From assembly GCA_963796965.1 (NCBI GenBank), contig CAWCNS010000005.1:288001-352000 (forward strand): a DNA stretch of 64,000 nucleotides, read 5' to 3'. The notes under the pieces are model-generated. The model saw only the letters and a list, made by a program, of their open reading frames with translations, searched no databases and was not told where the DNA came from. Positions within the stretch are counted from its first letter, which is position 1; each line of letters begins with the position of its first letter. The stretch is from Calditrichia bacterium. Its GTDB lineage: Bacteria; Calditrichota; Calditrichia; JAJRVZ01. Positions 42,434-55,712 of the stretch are shown piece by piece. The translations under genes were made by a program, and so were the position numbers.

Positions 42434-42994
42434 ATCAGCGTTTCGGGTATATTTTTCATATATAAGCCATTCTAAATATAATAAATTTCGATATAAAACA
42501 AATAATTTAACTACCCTGGTCGCTGCGAGCGCCTCATCTTGCTCACGAATTTATCATTAATATCCATCATGTAATCTCTGGCAGAGTAACCAATTTTAGC
42601 TGGCAATGGGAACATGAGCGACCCACATTTCCATTTGGGATAGCAACACGAATGCTGCCACCATGGCGGCCATAAAAAATGCGCATGGTTTTTTCTCATA
42701 CTTTAACATAAGAAGATACATGATAACAGGCTTGAAAATCCAGAGGATGCAACTAAGAAAATTAATTTCATAAAATTTGAATGAAAGACCGATTTTTTTT
42801 ACAAATCTATTAAAAATAAGATATTATTATCAGTAAGAATATCTTAAATTATAAGAATAATATTGATCTATTCAAAGGTTATCTGTAAGGGATGATCGAA
42901 AATTTTTATTTTCCTATAAAAATATCTCTGTTTAAAAAGAGATCAGGATTATCAGGTCATGTTATCAACCAGGAAGAAGGTGAAGGGTATTATT

Positions 42995-44057
42995 ATGACA
43001 AACTTTTTTTCGATATTCAAGTTTCTATCGGACATGATTATCCATCATTCAAAATCTCTGATGTTGTATTCTGGATTTATCCACTGTCTGAGAATGATAG
43101 CTTCCCGATTTCAAACCAAACCAGATATTCTCTGGCTTGGGATATTCGGCTTCATTCTATTATGTTCGCCATTTACGCCTGACTTAGCCGGACAGTCTCT
43201 CCAACAAACGCATACTGATTTAGTGATTGAATCTCTTAAGAATGCCATTACGGATGTTGATGAAGAAGTACGGGAAAAAGCTGATTCAGACTCTGGGAAA
43301 GATCAAGTCTAAAAAGGCAAATGAGGTCTTGTACGAGGTATTGATGAAATCATCTGAGTGGGATGTGGAAGTTAATATCGCCAGGATTCTTTTAAAACGT
43401 GGTGACAAAAAGGCTTTGGATAAATTTATCACGGGATTATTTCAGGAAGATGATGAAGGGAGAGTTCGATCCGCAAAAGTTTTAAAAGAACTCAAAGATC
43501 CTGCTTCGCTTAATTCACTCATAAAGGCTTTAAAGGATCCTAATTATATCGTTCAAAAACAGGCACTTAAAGCCATTTGCGAAATAAGAACCATTGACTG
43601 CATCAAGCCGCTTGTAAAGCAGTTGCAGGGAGAAAGTCAAGAATTTCGAGCCCTTGCGGCCTGGGGACTCGGAGAAATTGAAGATCCGGCAACCCTGCCA
43701 TATTTGTACAAGGCATTAAAAGATCCCAGTGCCAGTGTACGGCGTAACGCTATCGAATCCATCGGTGATCTCAAACTTGGAGCATCAGCACCAAACATTC
43801 AACCTCTGTTATCAGATGAACAATGGTTTGTTCGCCAGGAAGCAGTAAAGGTGCTTGCAGAAATTAAATCAAAGGAGTCCGTACCTCTCATCATTGACCT
43901 CTTATACGATGAGCAATGGAAAGTACGCGAATCTGCTGCGTCGGCGCTGGGCAAGATAGGTGACCAACGGGCTATTATACCCCTTAGCGGGGCTCTTCAA
44001 GATAAAAGTAATAATGTTCGCAAAGAAGCGGCAGAAGCATTGGGAAATTTTTTTTAG
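42995..44057 (+). CDS. HEAT/PBS-lyase repeat protein (frameshift near 43280)
   Basis: repeated ALKDP..VR..A..ALG units. Confidence 0.8.
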
Positions 44058-44068
44058 GAGATATTTAG

Positions 44069-45571
44069 GTGAGAATGATCCTTATTTTATTTATCTGTTT
44101 TATATCTATTCTTAGTAAGGTTAATGCGGGTGATACGATCCAGTTAACATTGGAATCAGCCGTGGATATTGCGATTAACAACAGTTATCGAACCCGACAG
44201 ATAGAACTTGAATTAAAACGTGGGGTGCATTATTTAAATGCCTATAAAGCCGGATTAAATACGCAGGTTTATATGCATCTGAAGTCACCGAACTTTTCAA
44301 ATCTATCAGATTATCGCTGGGATTCTATCCAGGGTAAAGATGAAATCGTTCGAATAAATTCCACATTATGGCAATCAGACCTGTCTGTTTTACAGCCCGT
44401 CATACTTTTCGGCGTTCCAACCAATGGCTATGTATCACTCAATTACAGAGTTTACAATTATCAACAGCGTGATAATGGCCCCACCGTAACGGACTGGTAT
44501 AACCGACTGTATCTTAAATTTGAACAGCCAATCTTTCTTCCCAATAAATTAAAGAATAATCTGGATCGCGCTGAACTGGATTTACAGGATATAAAACTTC
44601 GCTATATATCAGAAAGAATGGGTGTAATTGAAAGAATTTCTGACGATTATTTTGATATATTTGAACTCATGTATCAAAAAAAGATTCATCAGAATCAACT
44701 TTTTCATTTAGAGGAGTCACTTCGACGATGCAATAAGATAATTGCTGTCGATTCATCCAGACAGCTCGAAGAAATTCAGATTGAACTGGAAATTACGAAC
44801 ACAGAAGAGAACCTGCTCACCAATCAAACGCTTGTTCGTAATGAATTAGCTAATCTGAGACAACGCCTTCGTCTCTCACAGGATGATTCCTTATATGTCC
44901 TTCCGGTACTCAATATCGTACCTATAAATGTACCACTCGATGAGGCCATGGAGCTTGCGATAAAAAATACCCCACGCTTGCAGCAATTACAAATTGGTCG
45001 GAAACGATCCGTGATAGACGTCGAAAATGAGAAAGGCCGTAATACCTTTCATATGACCTTTGAGGCAACCTATGGATTAGAGAAAAAAAACGAGGGCTTT
45101 AATAATTTATGGCACCAATTTGACAACAGTAATTCACTCACCTTGAATGCCTATATACCGGTTTGGGATGGTGGCCAGCGCAAAAATCGAATTCAGGCAG
45201 AAAAGATTGATATTACGCGGCGTGATCTCTCAATCGAGCAGGAAAGAGAAGATATCATTAATGATGTTACAAATTTTTATACCAATTTAAATGACTTTTA
45301 TAAACGCACAACAAACTTGCAAAACAGTGTCCGATTATCTAACAAGATCGTTGCAGAGAGTGTAAAACAATATGAAAATAATGACATAACCCTTCAGGCC
45401 CTTATTCAAATTATTAACCGACATGCGGAAACCGAGAAAAAGTTCTTACAGGTATATAGCGGTTATCGCAGGTCATTACTGGAATTATCTCTCCAGACGC
45501 TCTACGACTTTGAAACAGATAAGTCTCTGATGGATGAATTTGACCTGGCTTATGAAGTTGAGGAAGAATAA
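44069..45571 (+). CDS. TolC family outer membrane protein
   Basis: signal peptide, LTLESAVDIAI, IPVWDGG, coiled-coil repeats. Confidence 0.8.
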   Translation: MRMILILFICFISILSKVNAGDTIQLTLESAVDIAINNSYRTRQIELELKRGVHYLNAYKAGLNTQVYMHLKSPNFSNLSDYRWDSIQGKDEIVRINSTLWQSDLSVLQPVILFGVPTNGYVSLNYRVYNYQQRDNGPTVTDWYNRLYLKFEQPIFLPNKLKNNLDRAELDLQDIKLRYISERMGVIERISDDYFDIFELMYQKKIHQNQLFHLEESLRRCNKIIAVDSSRQLEEIQIELEITNTEENLLTNQTLVRNELANLRQRLRLSQDDSLYVLPVLNIVPINVPLDEAMELAIKNTPRLQQLQIGRKRSVIDVENEKGRNTFHMTFEATYGLEKKNEGFNNLWHQFDNSNSLTLNAYIPVWDGGQRKNRIQAEKIDITRRDLSIEQEREDIINDVTNFYTNLNDFYKRTTNLQNSVRLSNKIVAESVKQYENNDITLQALIQIINRHAETEKKFLQVYSGYRRSLLELSLQTLYDFETDKSLMDEFDLAYEVEEE

Positions 45572-45822
45572 TTAATTTAATAATATATTCGGCATTATGT
45601 TGCTGATTAAATAGATTATATTGTGTTAATTGGCCATATATTGCCTGTTATAAGTTCTTATTGAGGGGACGGGACGGTAAGATTGATTGAAATACTATTT
45701 AAAGAGCAATGCAACGGCGAGGCTGCAAATAGATCTGATATATCTTAGCTATAGAATTCCATCTATTTTTCCATGTCTGTTTGTGGTAAAACAGAACCCG
45801 GGATGACAGAAAATGCCTTTAT

Positions 45823-46980
45823 TTAAGGTTGGTTGAGAGAACCGGAAACGCTCAGAGGCTTACTCGTAATCAGGCCAATCCCACGCCCTCTGTTCCCAAC
45901 GGCACAATAATACATATAGAAGGTATCATTAGCAGGGTTATAGACCAGGGATATCTTGTGAGCGTACTTTTTATCCAGACCACCGGGATGACCTCCCGCC
46001 TTATACAGCGGCTCCGGATGTGTTTGCCAGTGATGTAAATCGCGAGAAAAAGCGGCCATGATATGCGCCCCGCCTTTGCCCACGCCAAAATAAAACATCA
46101 CCCAGTGGTCCCCATCACGAAACACCTTGCCATCGGAGCAAAATTTTTCATTATATCCTGTTGAGTCAACACGAAGGACAGGATTACCCTCATACCGTTT
46201 CCAGTCCAATAAATCTTCAGAAGTTGCCAGCCCCATCTGCTCTATCCAGACGGTCATCTGTTTAGCATTGTAGAAATTGTAAAACTGCCCCTCATGTTCC
46301 ACCAACCAGGGTTGATAGATGCAAGCCTTCTCCCAGTTCCCCACCTCGGGTTCATGTACTGACAAGATATAGTGCTCTTTCGCCCTGCTCCAGACCAAAC
46401 CATCGTCGCTATTTGCCACGCCTTCGTAACCCGGATCAATCTCATAACCGCCTTGTTTGGCGTAGGCGCCATAGAGCGTCCAATACTTCCCATCATGTTT
46501 TTTAAGCAGGCGTGGCGCTTTAATGTCATAGGAATCGTAAAGAAACGCACCGATCACGCAGCCACCGAAATCGAAATCGCCCTCTTTTCCAAAACCCATG
46601 GCCAGATGGGGCTTAGACCAATGTATCAGATCAGTGCTTTCTACTACGAACGAGTTATATCCTTTACCATTAAAAGCAATAAAACTCATATACCATCTGC
46701 CGTCCTGACCGGGTATTTGATACACACAGGGCACATCCGTATTCTTAAAGCTTTCGTAGCCCGGAATTTTGGGCTCTGAAACAATTATATGATCAGGCCA
46801 ATAATGCCAATTACGATAGGGATCTGCCCATTGATCTAAGATAACCTTGTCTATAATATGACTTGTTGCCTCAACTTTATCATCTCCGCCACCAATGAAA
46901 TAAAGTCCGATATAAACAAGCCCAGCACAAACGATCATTGAAAAAGCAATTATTAATGCAAAGCAGATTCGCTTTGTCAT
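45823..46980 (-). CDS. five-bladed beta-propeller glycoside hydrolase-like protein
   Basis: ESTDLIHWS, ATSEDLLDWKRYEGNPVL, FSRDLHHWQ Asp-box repeats. Confidence 0.75.
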   Translation of the reverse strand: MTKRICFALIIAFSMIVCAGLVYIGLYFIGGGDDKVEATSHIIDKVILDQWADPYRNWHYWPDHIIVSEPKIPGYESFKNTDVPCVYQIPGQDGRWYMSFIAFNGKGYNSFVVESTDLIHWSKPHLAMGFGKEGDFDFGGCVIGAFLYDSYDIKAPRLLKKHDGKYWTLYGAYAKQGGYEIDPGYEGVANSDDGLVWSRAKEHYILSVHEPEVGNWEKACIYQPWLVEHEGQFYNFYNAKQMTVWIEQMGLATSEDLLDWKRYEGNPVLRVDSTGYNEKFCSDGKVFRDGDHWVMFYFGVGKGGAHIMAAFSRDLHHWQTHPEPLYKAGGHPGGLDKKYAHKISLVYNPANDTFYMYYCAVGNRGRGIGLITSKPLSVSGSLNQP

Positions 46981-47119
46981 AATAAGTACCTCATTAGTTT
47001 CATTAAAATAATTAAGGCCGGTATTTGATTGTTTTTCATTCTTAGGTTGAGGTAAGTCTTTCAGAAATTTTATAAATACAGCAAAGTAGCCCAATCAACA
47101 GGCATCAAAATAAAACCCA

Positions 47120-48766
47120 TTAATTATCCGTGGTTTCTATTAAAATGCCTTGGTAGAAGTCTCTTGCTATTCGTAACCTGTCCAATATCCCCTGGTCAAC
47201 AATGTCATTACTTTTTGTTTCTTCTTCAATGACACGGATCGCCTCAAATTGTTTATCAATAATTCCCGGGGCTTTTTTCGCGTCCCATGTCGGTTTGCCT
47301 TCTACGATAAAATAGACAGGTGTCGTATGGGCAACAGCACCATTATCACAGGATATCATTGCCGCTAACCATTGACTTTTATCAAGTCTATGATCTAACT
47401 CGATTGTAATTGAATCAGAATTATCGGGATTCATCTTCCCTGCTACTAATCCATCATTATTATAAATAGCAAGGCCTTCCAGACGCCCGACTGAAGGATG
47501 AGAGATAGCTTTAATTTTTAAGTGGGATATCGCACCTCTATCCTTGATGATTTCTGCACCCGGAAGAAACCCATCTGCTTCCAAAAACAATACCGGGCCA
47601 TTTGAGACAAAGGTCCGACCAGCCTTTAGCCCCTCAAACCAGGCATCTGCAGAGAAGGTGTTCCCCGTATAGACGAAGGTTCGCACCTCACCCAGGGTTG
47701 AACCCCATGGCACATCACTTCCTGCAGCAGCTGTAATTCTGAATCCCAGGTTCAGGTAATCGTAATAATCAAGAGAATTTATTTTTGAGAATTGTAGTAA
47801 CTCAACAAAGTCTATATCGCCGGTTGTAATATACCAGGGGAATCCACGGGGCAGGTCGCAACCATTCCATGAGAAATGAGCATATCCTACAATCGCTCCG
47901 GGTTGGAGCTGCAATTTTTTAAATACGATATCGTAGTAATTATAGTTAGTCGTATCATGTTCCATTTGGTTAATGTTTAAGCCAATGATATGACCAAAGG
48001 TACTTCGTGGATCTTCCTGGCCAGATACGAGACAGATATTATCTTCACATGTTCTGAATTCTTCACCAAAACCTTCCTGTTTAAATTCTGTTCCCAGGTG
48101 ATGACCCATCTCCAGTACATTGACAAGGTGGATATCCTCTGCTTTGGCATAATTAAGAAGGAACTCTTTAAATTTAGGCTTAACAGTAGGATGGTGTACA
48201 TGTACATCACCAGAATACCACCCCATTTTTGGTAAATCAATCCACCTTTTGAGGAGAAATGTTTTGGTAATCTCTTTTTCATTTGCAGACAGGACAAATT
48301 CCTCTTTTATCGGAATATACTCATTACCGTGTCCCAGTCTAATTCGCCATTTGCCCGGTGACAAGGTAATAGAAAAGTCTCCCGAAGTTTGGTAGGCAAC
48401 AGGATCATCCCAAAATGGAATGGAAGGGAGAGTACCGTATACATAACTTCTGTCATCATTATTTCCGATACCATTCATTTTTCTGATTGGACCTATCCAG
48501 TTTTTATCAGGGTTAAATTCAATACCCGTGTAAAATGCATGGGTGAGAGAAACGGAATCCGGCACATCTGCCTGGGGTGGAACTCGAACCTTTCCATCCT
48601 GCACATTAGTTATACATACCATTACCGGCGTAACTTCATTCGTTTCTGCCTCCAAAACACGGATATTTACATGAACTTTTTCCTGCGCATTAACAAGTTT
48701 CATTGTATACCCCTGAAAAATGATTGCAATAGTAATAAGTAATAGTAGATTTATTTTATTCTTCAT
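47120..48766 (-). CDS. CehA/McbA family (PHP-like) metallohydrolase
   Basis: WYSGDVHVH, GQE, GH, AH, AGSD, GLKAGRTFVSNGP. Confidence 0.8.
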   Translation of the reverse strand: MKNKINLLLLITIAIIFQGYTMKLVNAQEKVHVNIRVLEAETNEVTPVMVCITNVQDGKVRVPPQADVPDSVSLTHAFYTGIEFNPDKNWIGPIRKMNGIGNNDDRSYVYGTLPSIPFWDDPVAYQTSGDFSITLSPGKWRIRLGHGNEYIPIKEEFVLSANEKEITKTFLLKRWIDLPKMGWYSGDVHVHHPTVKPKFKEFLLNYAKAEDIHLVNVLEMGHHLGTEFKQEGFGEEFRTCEDNICLVSGQEDPRSTFGHIIGLNINQMEHDTTNYNYYDIVFKKLQLQPGAIVGYAHFSWNGCDLPRGFPWYITTGDIDFVELLQFSKINSLDYYDYLNLGFRITAAAGSDVPWGSTLGEVRTFVYTGNTFSADAWFEGLKAGRTFVSNGPVLFLEADGFLPGAEIIKDRGAISHLKIKAISHPSVGRLEGLAIYNNDGLVAGKMNPDNSDSITIELDHRLDKSQWLAAMISCDNGAVAHTTPVYFIVEGKPTWDAKKAPGIIDKQFEAIRVIEEETKSNDIVDQGILDRLRIARDFYQGILIETTDN

Positions 48767-49089
48767 TATATAAGCCTGGTTTGTGAATATTTAAAGATCT
48801 GGATTAAAATATGAGAGCAATTTTTTATATGGTCAATTACCTCGTATTCTTCAGGTCCAAATAAAAATTAGAGAATCTTCTTTGCGTCCTAGCGGTTTAG
48901 AAAGGAATAAATCATTGTTTGACATTTTAAACTTTATTAACACTATAGTCAAACCCATACCTTCTAGGTCTGTCACTTTCAAGTGCCTTACTCTTAGGAG
49001 CTTATTTGTATAAAATAATAAAATGCTTAAATTTAGCAAATATTGATTTTAGATCATCTATTCTTTTTAATAAAAGCGGGTTATAAAAT

Positions 49090-50355
49090 ATGGCTTACAG
49101 ACGTATTAAGGGTACACAGGACATTTTACCAGACCAATCTACCCTATGGCAATTCGTAGAAAGATCGATTCGTGAATGCATGGATATTTATAACTATCGC
49201 GAAATCCGTACCCCAGTTTTTGAGTTAACGGAAGTTTTTGCCCGGGGCATTGGCCAATTAACCGATATCGTTTCCAAAGAGATGTATACCTTTCAGGATA
49301 TGGGAAAAAAGAGTCTAACTTTGAAACCTGAAATGACCGCTCCGGTCATACGCGCCTATCTGGAAAATAATCTGCAAAACCAGGCTGCGGTCAATAAACT
49401 CTATTATATTTCGCCTCTCTTCCGTCAGGAGAATCCCCAGGCCGGCAGATTACGGCAATTCCATCAATTTGGTGCCGAGGTGATTGGGATTAATTCTGCC
49501 CATCTGGACACTGAGATCATTTTACTGGCCATGTTTGTTTATAAAACTCTCGGTCTAAGTAATTTAAACCTGAAAATAAACAGTGTCGGTGATCCTGAAA
49601 GCAGAGAGAAATATAAAATATCCCTAAAAAAATATTTTAAACCTTTACTCGACCAATATTGTAAAGTTTGTAATACCCGTTATGAGTCCAATCCTCTGAG
49701 AATTCTGGATTGTAAAAACAAAACATGTAAAGAGCTTAATCAGAACGCACCCATTCTTTTAGATTACCTGGGTCCGGCGAGTTTAGAAAATTTTGAGATG
49801 GTAAAAGCACTTCTGGATGACAATAAAACAACCTATGAAATTGAGCCCTATCTTGTTCGTGGATTGGATTACTATACGGATACCGTTTTTGAAATTACCA
49901 GTCAAAATCTCGGTTCTCAGGACGCCATTTGCGGTGGTGGGCGCTATGATCTTCTGGCAGAACAGTTCGGTGGTCCACCGACTCCGGCTGTTGGATTCGC
50001 CTCCGGTATTGAGCGGTTGTTGATGGTCATGGAAGCACAAAATTTGATAAAAGAAGACAATCGCTCGCTGGATGTTTATATATGCCTGTTAGGTGACAAA
50101 GTTTCTACAGATGGAATGAATTGGTTGCAGCAATTACGAATCCAAAATTTTCGTGCAGACCGTGATTATCAGAAGCGGAGTTTAAAAGCACAAATGCGCG
50201 ATGCAAATCGGCAAAAAGCAAAATTTGTCCTTCTCCTGGGAGAAGACGAATTGGAAAAAAAGTGCTTTTCTGTAAAAAATATGGGAGAGGGTACTCAGAC
50301 CGAAATTGGATTTGACGAGATAATCACATTTCTTAAAAAAAATATTGAGAAATAA
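49090..50355 (+). CDS. hisS: histidine--tRNA ligase
   Basis: KGTQDILP, KEMYTF, GRLRQFHQFG, VRGLDYY, GGGRYD. Confidence 0.96.
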   Translation: MAYRRIKGTQDILPDQSTLWQFVERSIRECMDIYNYREIRTPVFELTEVFARGIGQLTDIVSKEMYTFQDMGKKSLTLKPEMTAPVIRAYLENNLQNQAAVNKLYYISPLFRQENPQAGRLRQFHQFGAEVIGINSAHLDTEIILLAMFVYKTLGLSNLNLKINSVGDPESREKYKISLKKYFKPLLDQYCKVCNTRYESNPLRILDCKNKTCKELNQNAPILLDYLGPASLENFEMVKALLDDNKTTYEIEPYLVRGLDYYTDTVFEITSQNLGSQDAICGGGRYDLLAEQFGGPPTPAVGFASGIERLLMVMEAQNLIKEDNRSLDVYICLLGDKVSTDGMNWLQQLRIQNFRADRDYQKRSLKAQMRDANRQKAKFVLLLGEDELEKKCFSVKNMGEGTQTEIGFDEIITFLKKNIEK

Positions 50356-50445
50356 CTTAGTCAAAGATTAGCCACGAGAACTTGGGAGCACTTCCTGAAG
50401 AACGGCAGACTCTCTCCGTTCAGATTTGAAAAAGATAAAAGATTT

Positions 50446-50540
50446 ACCACAAAGTTCACAAAGAAGGCACTAAGATCACAAAGTTATTATTAAGAAATCT
50501 TTCTTTGTGTACTTTGCGCCTTCTTTGTGTACTTAGTGGT
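50446..50540. repeat. palindromic MITE-like element built from CACAAAG units
   Basis: ACCACAAAGTTCACAAAGAAGGCACTAAG...CTTCTTTGTGTACTTAGTGGT. Confidence 0.7.
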
Positions 50541-50621
50541 TAAAGATCAGATAAACAATTAAGTAGAATACTAGAAAACAAACAAAGACGTTCACCAGAT
50601 TGAAATTTTTCAGATAGTTTA

Positions 50622-51411
50622 ATGATCCCAAAATTATCCCTCAACAGACAAACATATATTCGGAAACTCAAACAGAAAAAGTTTCGAAGATCCGAGGACA
50701 CTTTTATCTGCGAAGGTTTTCGTCTTTTCGATGCAGCCATTCAGACACCCGATGTCAGTATCCGGGAAATTCTTATTGGAGAGAATCTGGATGGATCACA
50801 GCAAGAGCATTTTATAATTGCAGAATCAACACATCACGCCATTCCTGTATTTCGTGTGGATAATCAACTCTTAAAATCACTATCGCAGGAAGTGACCCCA
50901 TCGGGTATTCTCTTCACGGTAAAAAAAAAATTACTGTCTCAATCTGATCTCTCAGCACGAAATAATAAAGTAATACTCTATCTTGATAGAATCTCCGATC
51001 CCGGCAATCTTGGTACAATCATAAGGACAAGCGTCTGGTTTGGATTTAACACAATTGTTTTGAGTCCGGGATGTGTGGACCCATTAAATGCCAAGTCTGT
51101 CAGAGCTAGCGCTGGTGCAGTTTTTAATGTGGATATTTTCGAAGATATTGACTTTACCTGGTTTAACCTTTTTTTTAAAAATCGCAAATACCAATTTGTC
51201 GCGACCACATCAGGAGAGGGCCAGTCCTTAGAAGATTGGAAAATAGCACCAAAAAGCATTATCTTTTTTGGCCAGGAAGCTTCGGGACTATCAGAGGAGA
51301 TTATGCAATCCGCTGATATCAGCTTTACGTATTCAACGCATCGGATTAGTTGAATCTCTTAATCTTTCCGTGGCTGCCGGAATTATTTTGCACCATATTG
51401 CGGTAAAGTAA
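50622..51411 (+). CDS. TrmH/SpoU RNA methyltransferase (frameshift near 51330)
   Basis: DPGNLGTIIRT, VRASAG, FGQEASGL; VESLNLSVAAG in shifted frame. Confidence 0.9.
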
Positions 51412-51591
51412 TAATTTTACGATAGAATTTGTATCCGGTAGCTATTATGACGAAGCGATTAAAAGGTTGTGTGAGAATAAAAAATCAACCAGTGTAAAAG
51501 CCATTGATAAAGGGTTTCAACTCTCATTTGTTTTTGTTGAAGGCAGATCTTATAAAACTAAACTTCTGTAAATTTTATCACTAAACCAGGA

Positions 51592-52425
51592 TTGATATAC
51601 GTGGAAATTGAAAGAAAAGAATATCCGGAACCGATTGAAGCCTTGGTCATAATATTGGTCACTTTTGGTTTTATTTTTGCTGTATCTTTAATTATAACAG
51701 TCGTTGCTTTGTTTTTTCAAACTGAGTCCATTTTGGAAGGCAATTCTTCAATTCTATTCATAATTGGTGGCCTCTTTTTTCTTGCTGTACCAATTATATA
51801 CGCTAGAATGAGACAATACGACAGTAGAAAAGTTTTCAGATTGAATGTTCCTCGATCAGAAATTCTTTTTCTTAGTCTTCCCATTGGCCTTAGTTTGGCT
51901 GTTTTGACCGATGAGTTGGATCGGATCATACAAATATTTATACCTACCCCAGAAATGTTTCTTCAGTATCTTGAATCATTGCGGGCTGAAACCGCTTCTG
52001 ATTGGCTAATCCTCATTTTGGGGGTGGTTGTCATTGCGGCCATTTCTGAAGAGATTCTGTTCCGCGGATTTTTACAGGTATCATTAGAAAAAAAAGGTGA
52101 TATTACCCGTGCCGTAATCTTAAGCAGTATCTCCTGGACAATTATTCATATAAACCCCTACTGGGCTATCCAAATTTTTATTACCGGCGTTATTATCGGA
52201 TTCCTGGCCTGGCGGACTGATTCTGTCTTTCCCCCTATGATTGTTCACGCAACAAACAATTTTCTTTCCCTAATAGTAATAAATCTGGACCTGGAAGAAT
52301 CATTGGATTGGTATTTATGGGGAGACCATGTCTCGCCCATCATTTTAGTTATATCCGCGGGTGTTTTATATTTTTGTATTAAAACAATATCTGAATATTA
52401 CAAAAACCAGGAGTCTGCCGCTTGA
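51592..52425 (+). CDS. CPBP family intramembrane metalloprotease
   Basis: EEILFRGF, H, HATNN motifs; multiple TM segments. Confidence 0.88.
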   Translation: MIYVEIERKEYPEPIEALVIILVTFGFIFAVSLIITVVALFFQTESILEGNSSILFIIGGLFFLAVPIIYARMRQYDSRKVFRLNVPRSEILFLSLPIGLSLAVLTDELDRIIQIFIPTPEMFLQYLESLRAETASDWLILILGVVVIAAISEEILFRGFLQVSLEKKGDITRAVILSSISWTIIHINPYWAIQIFITGVIIGFLAWRTDSVFPPMIVHATNNFLSLIVINLDLEESLDWYLWGDHVSPIILVISAGVLYFCIKTISEYYKNQESAA

Positions 52426-53504
52426 TTCGTTCAATTTCTGAGTACCTTGCCAGAGTATTTATTGCCGATTATAAGGAAACCGGACGTGCCGAGGTTCGGG
52501 CACGTTATGGCATATTTCAAGGTTGGCTCAGCGTTTTTGTAAATTTAGTCCTGGGAACGATTAAACTGATTATTGGTATCCTCATTGGCAGCCTTTCTCT
52601 TGTAGCTGATGCCATCCACTCCCTTTCCGATATGGTAACCTCCTTTATCCTTATCATTAGCTTTTATTGGGGACGTAAACCCTCCGATGCCGAACATCCT
52701 TTCGGACATGGCAGAATAGAACAGATAGGCGCATTGGTTATGGCCGTTCTTATTGGCGTTACGGGTTTTGAGTTAATCAAATCTAGTATTGATCGGGTTA
52801 TCACCCCCACTGAAGTTCAAATGAACTATACAGCCATAATTATCCTCTTTCTTACTATTGTAATTAAGGAAATATTGGGACGTATATCTACTTATTATGG
52901 CAATAAAATCCAATCTCTGGCCCTGGAGGCGGACTCCTGGCACCATCGTACAGATGCAATATCGTCCTTTCTGGCCATTATTGCCATTATTACTGCTCAA
53001 ATGGGCTTTAGCATAGCCGATGGCATTGGTGGAATTATCATTGGGCTCTTTATTATTTATGTAGGAATTGATATCATTAAAAAAACGGGATTTCAACTTT
53101 TAGGCACCCGACCTTCAGAGGAATTATTTAATGATGTTGAGAGATTGGCCAAGGAAGTAGAGTCTGTATTTGAGATTCATGAGATCGTTTGCCACGAATA
53201 TGGCTCCCAGAAAGTAATATCATTTCATCTGGAAATCCCTGATTATCTAACCCTTTCCCAGGCACATACCATTGCTGAAAAAGTAGAGACTAAAATTTAT
53301 GATGAGATGCAGATACAAGCGACGGTACATCTGGATCCTGTTCTTCCTGCCATAAAAAATCGTGATCAAATAAAAGTGATTATGGAACATTTTATTGAAC
53401 AGGATGAAAAATTGATCAGTTTTTATAACCTGCGCCTCATAGGAGATGACGCATTGTCAACATTAGTTATGGCGATAGAAATCGCCAAACCTATCTCCAG
53501 ATGA
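52422..53504 (+). CDS. cation diffusion facilitator transporter (C-terminus possibly frameshifted)
   Basis: ADAIHSLSD, HPFGHGRIE, ADSWHHRTD. Confidence 0.9.
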   Translation: MIRSISEYLARVFIADYKETGRAEVRARYGIFQGWLSVFVNLVLGTIKLIIGILIGSLSLVADAIHSLSDMVTSFILIISFYWGRKPSDAEHPFGHGRIEQIGALVMAVLIGVTGFELIKSSIDRVITPTEVQMNYTAIIILFLTIVIKEILGRISTYYGNKIQSLALEADSWHHRTDAISSFLAIIAIITAQMGFSIADGIGGIIIGLFIIYVGIDIIKKTGFQLLGTRPSEELFNDVERLAKEVESVFEIHEIVCHEYGSQKVISFHLEIPDYLTLSQAHTIAEKVETKIYDEMQIQATVHLDPVLPAIKNRDQIKVIMEHFIEQDEKLISFYNLRLIGDDALSTLVMAIEIAKPISR

Positions 53505-53595
53505 AGAAAGGGAGAAGTACCATCAGAGTCTTAGAAATATTATTTCAACCCGCTTTCCAGAAATCGAGAATGTCAGTATAAATTTCAGGATATCT

Positions 53596-54693
53596 TTATA
53601 AAGGGGCTCTTACAAACATCTTTCCTGATAATTGTCGCACAATTCCCATTAATTCCAGAGTCAATAAAGTGGAGAGAACTTCTCCTGGCCCGCAACTGCT
53701 TGCCTGGGCCAGGTTATCGATGTGCTGTGGCTGGTTTGTTAATAATTGATACAACTTTTTCTCGATCCCGGATAATTCTGGTAGTGGTATTTCTTTAGTG
53801 ATTTCCCGGTCCTTCATCAGATTTTTTAATTCATCAATAATATGCGAGGTTTCCTGCACCAATGTAGCACCTTGTTTAATTATCTGGTTCGCTCCCATAC
53901 TTTTTCTTGAATTTATTGGACCCGGGACAGCAAACACCTCCCTGTTCTGATCTAATGCTTGATAGGCTGTTATCAGAGCACCACTCTTCATACCGGCCTC
54001 AGTGACTAAAGTCCCAAGGCTCAGACCACTGATAATTCTGTTTCTACGTGGAAAATTTCCCGGATCAGGAATAGCGCCTACCATATATTCACTCATTAAC
54101 AGACCTTCTTCTGATAGTTGGACCGCTAATCTTTTATTTTCTGGTGGATAAATATTATCAATACCACTTCCCATAATTGCCACCGTTTTTCCATGATGTT
54201 TTAATGCCGTCTGGTGTGCAATGGTGTCAACACCACGTGCCAAACCACTAACTATTGTAAAATCATAGGCTAAAAGATCACGACATAATTTTTCGGTAAC
54301 CATTTTCCCGTAAGATGATGGATTTCGGGTACCGACAACACCAATAGTTGGTGAATCAAGTATGGATAAATCGCCTTTATAGAATAGGAGAACAGGTGGA
54401 TCGTATATATTTTTTAAACGGGTTGGAAATTTTTCATCCCAGTATGTGGTAATTTGGATTTGATGTTTATCAATATATCTGAGTTTATCTGAGATCTTCT
54501 TTGAGTTATAATGCTCTTTTATTGTTAACGCCGTATGTTTTTCTATACCAGGAACCTTGACCAATTTTTGCAGTGGAGCATGTAAAGCCTGCTCAGCTGA
54601 ACCAAATGTAGCAAGCAGGTTTCGGATCCTGGCAGGTCCAATACCGGGAATGCCATATAATTTTAATAAAGATTCAAGGTTGAATTTATACAC
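53596..54693 (-). CDS. dprA: DNA-processing protein DprA
   Basis: VVGTR, IVSGLARGVD, FPRRNRIISG, SGALIT, VFAVPG. Confidence 0.95.
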   Translation of the reverse strand: MYKFNLESLLKLYGIPGIGPARIRNLLATFGSAEQALHAPLQKLVKVPGIEKHTALTIKEHYNSKKISDKLRYIDKHQIQITTYWDEKFPTRLKNIYDPPVLLFYKGDLSILDSPTIGVVGTRNPSSYGKMVTEKLCRDLLAYDFTIVSGLARGVDTIAHQTALKHHGKTVAIMGSGIDNIYPPENKRLAVQLSEEGLLMSEYMVGAIPDPGNFPRRNRIISGLSLGTLVTEAGMKSGALITAYQALDQNREVFAVPGPINSRKSMGANQIIKQGATLVQETSHIIDELKNLMKDREITKEIPLPELSGIEKKLYQLLTNQPQHIDNLAQASSCGPGEVLSTLLTLELMGIVRQLSGKMFVRAPL

Positions 54694-54698
54694 GTGCG

Positions 54699-55712
<1,014 letters not shown>

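Noticed and set aside
42511..42699. 62-aa ORF
   Set aside because: No recognisable features; at most a decayed gene fragment
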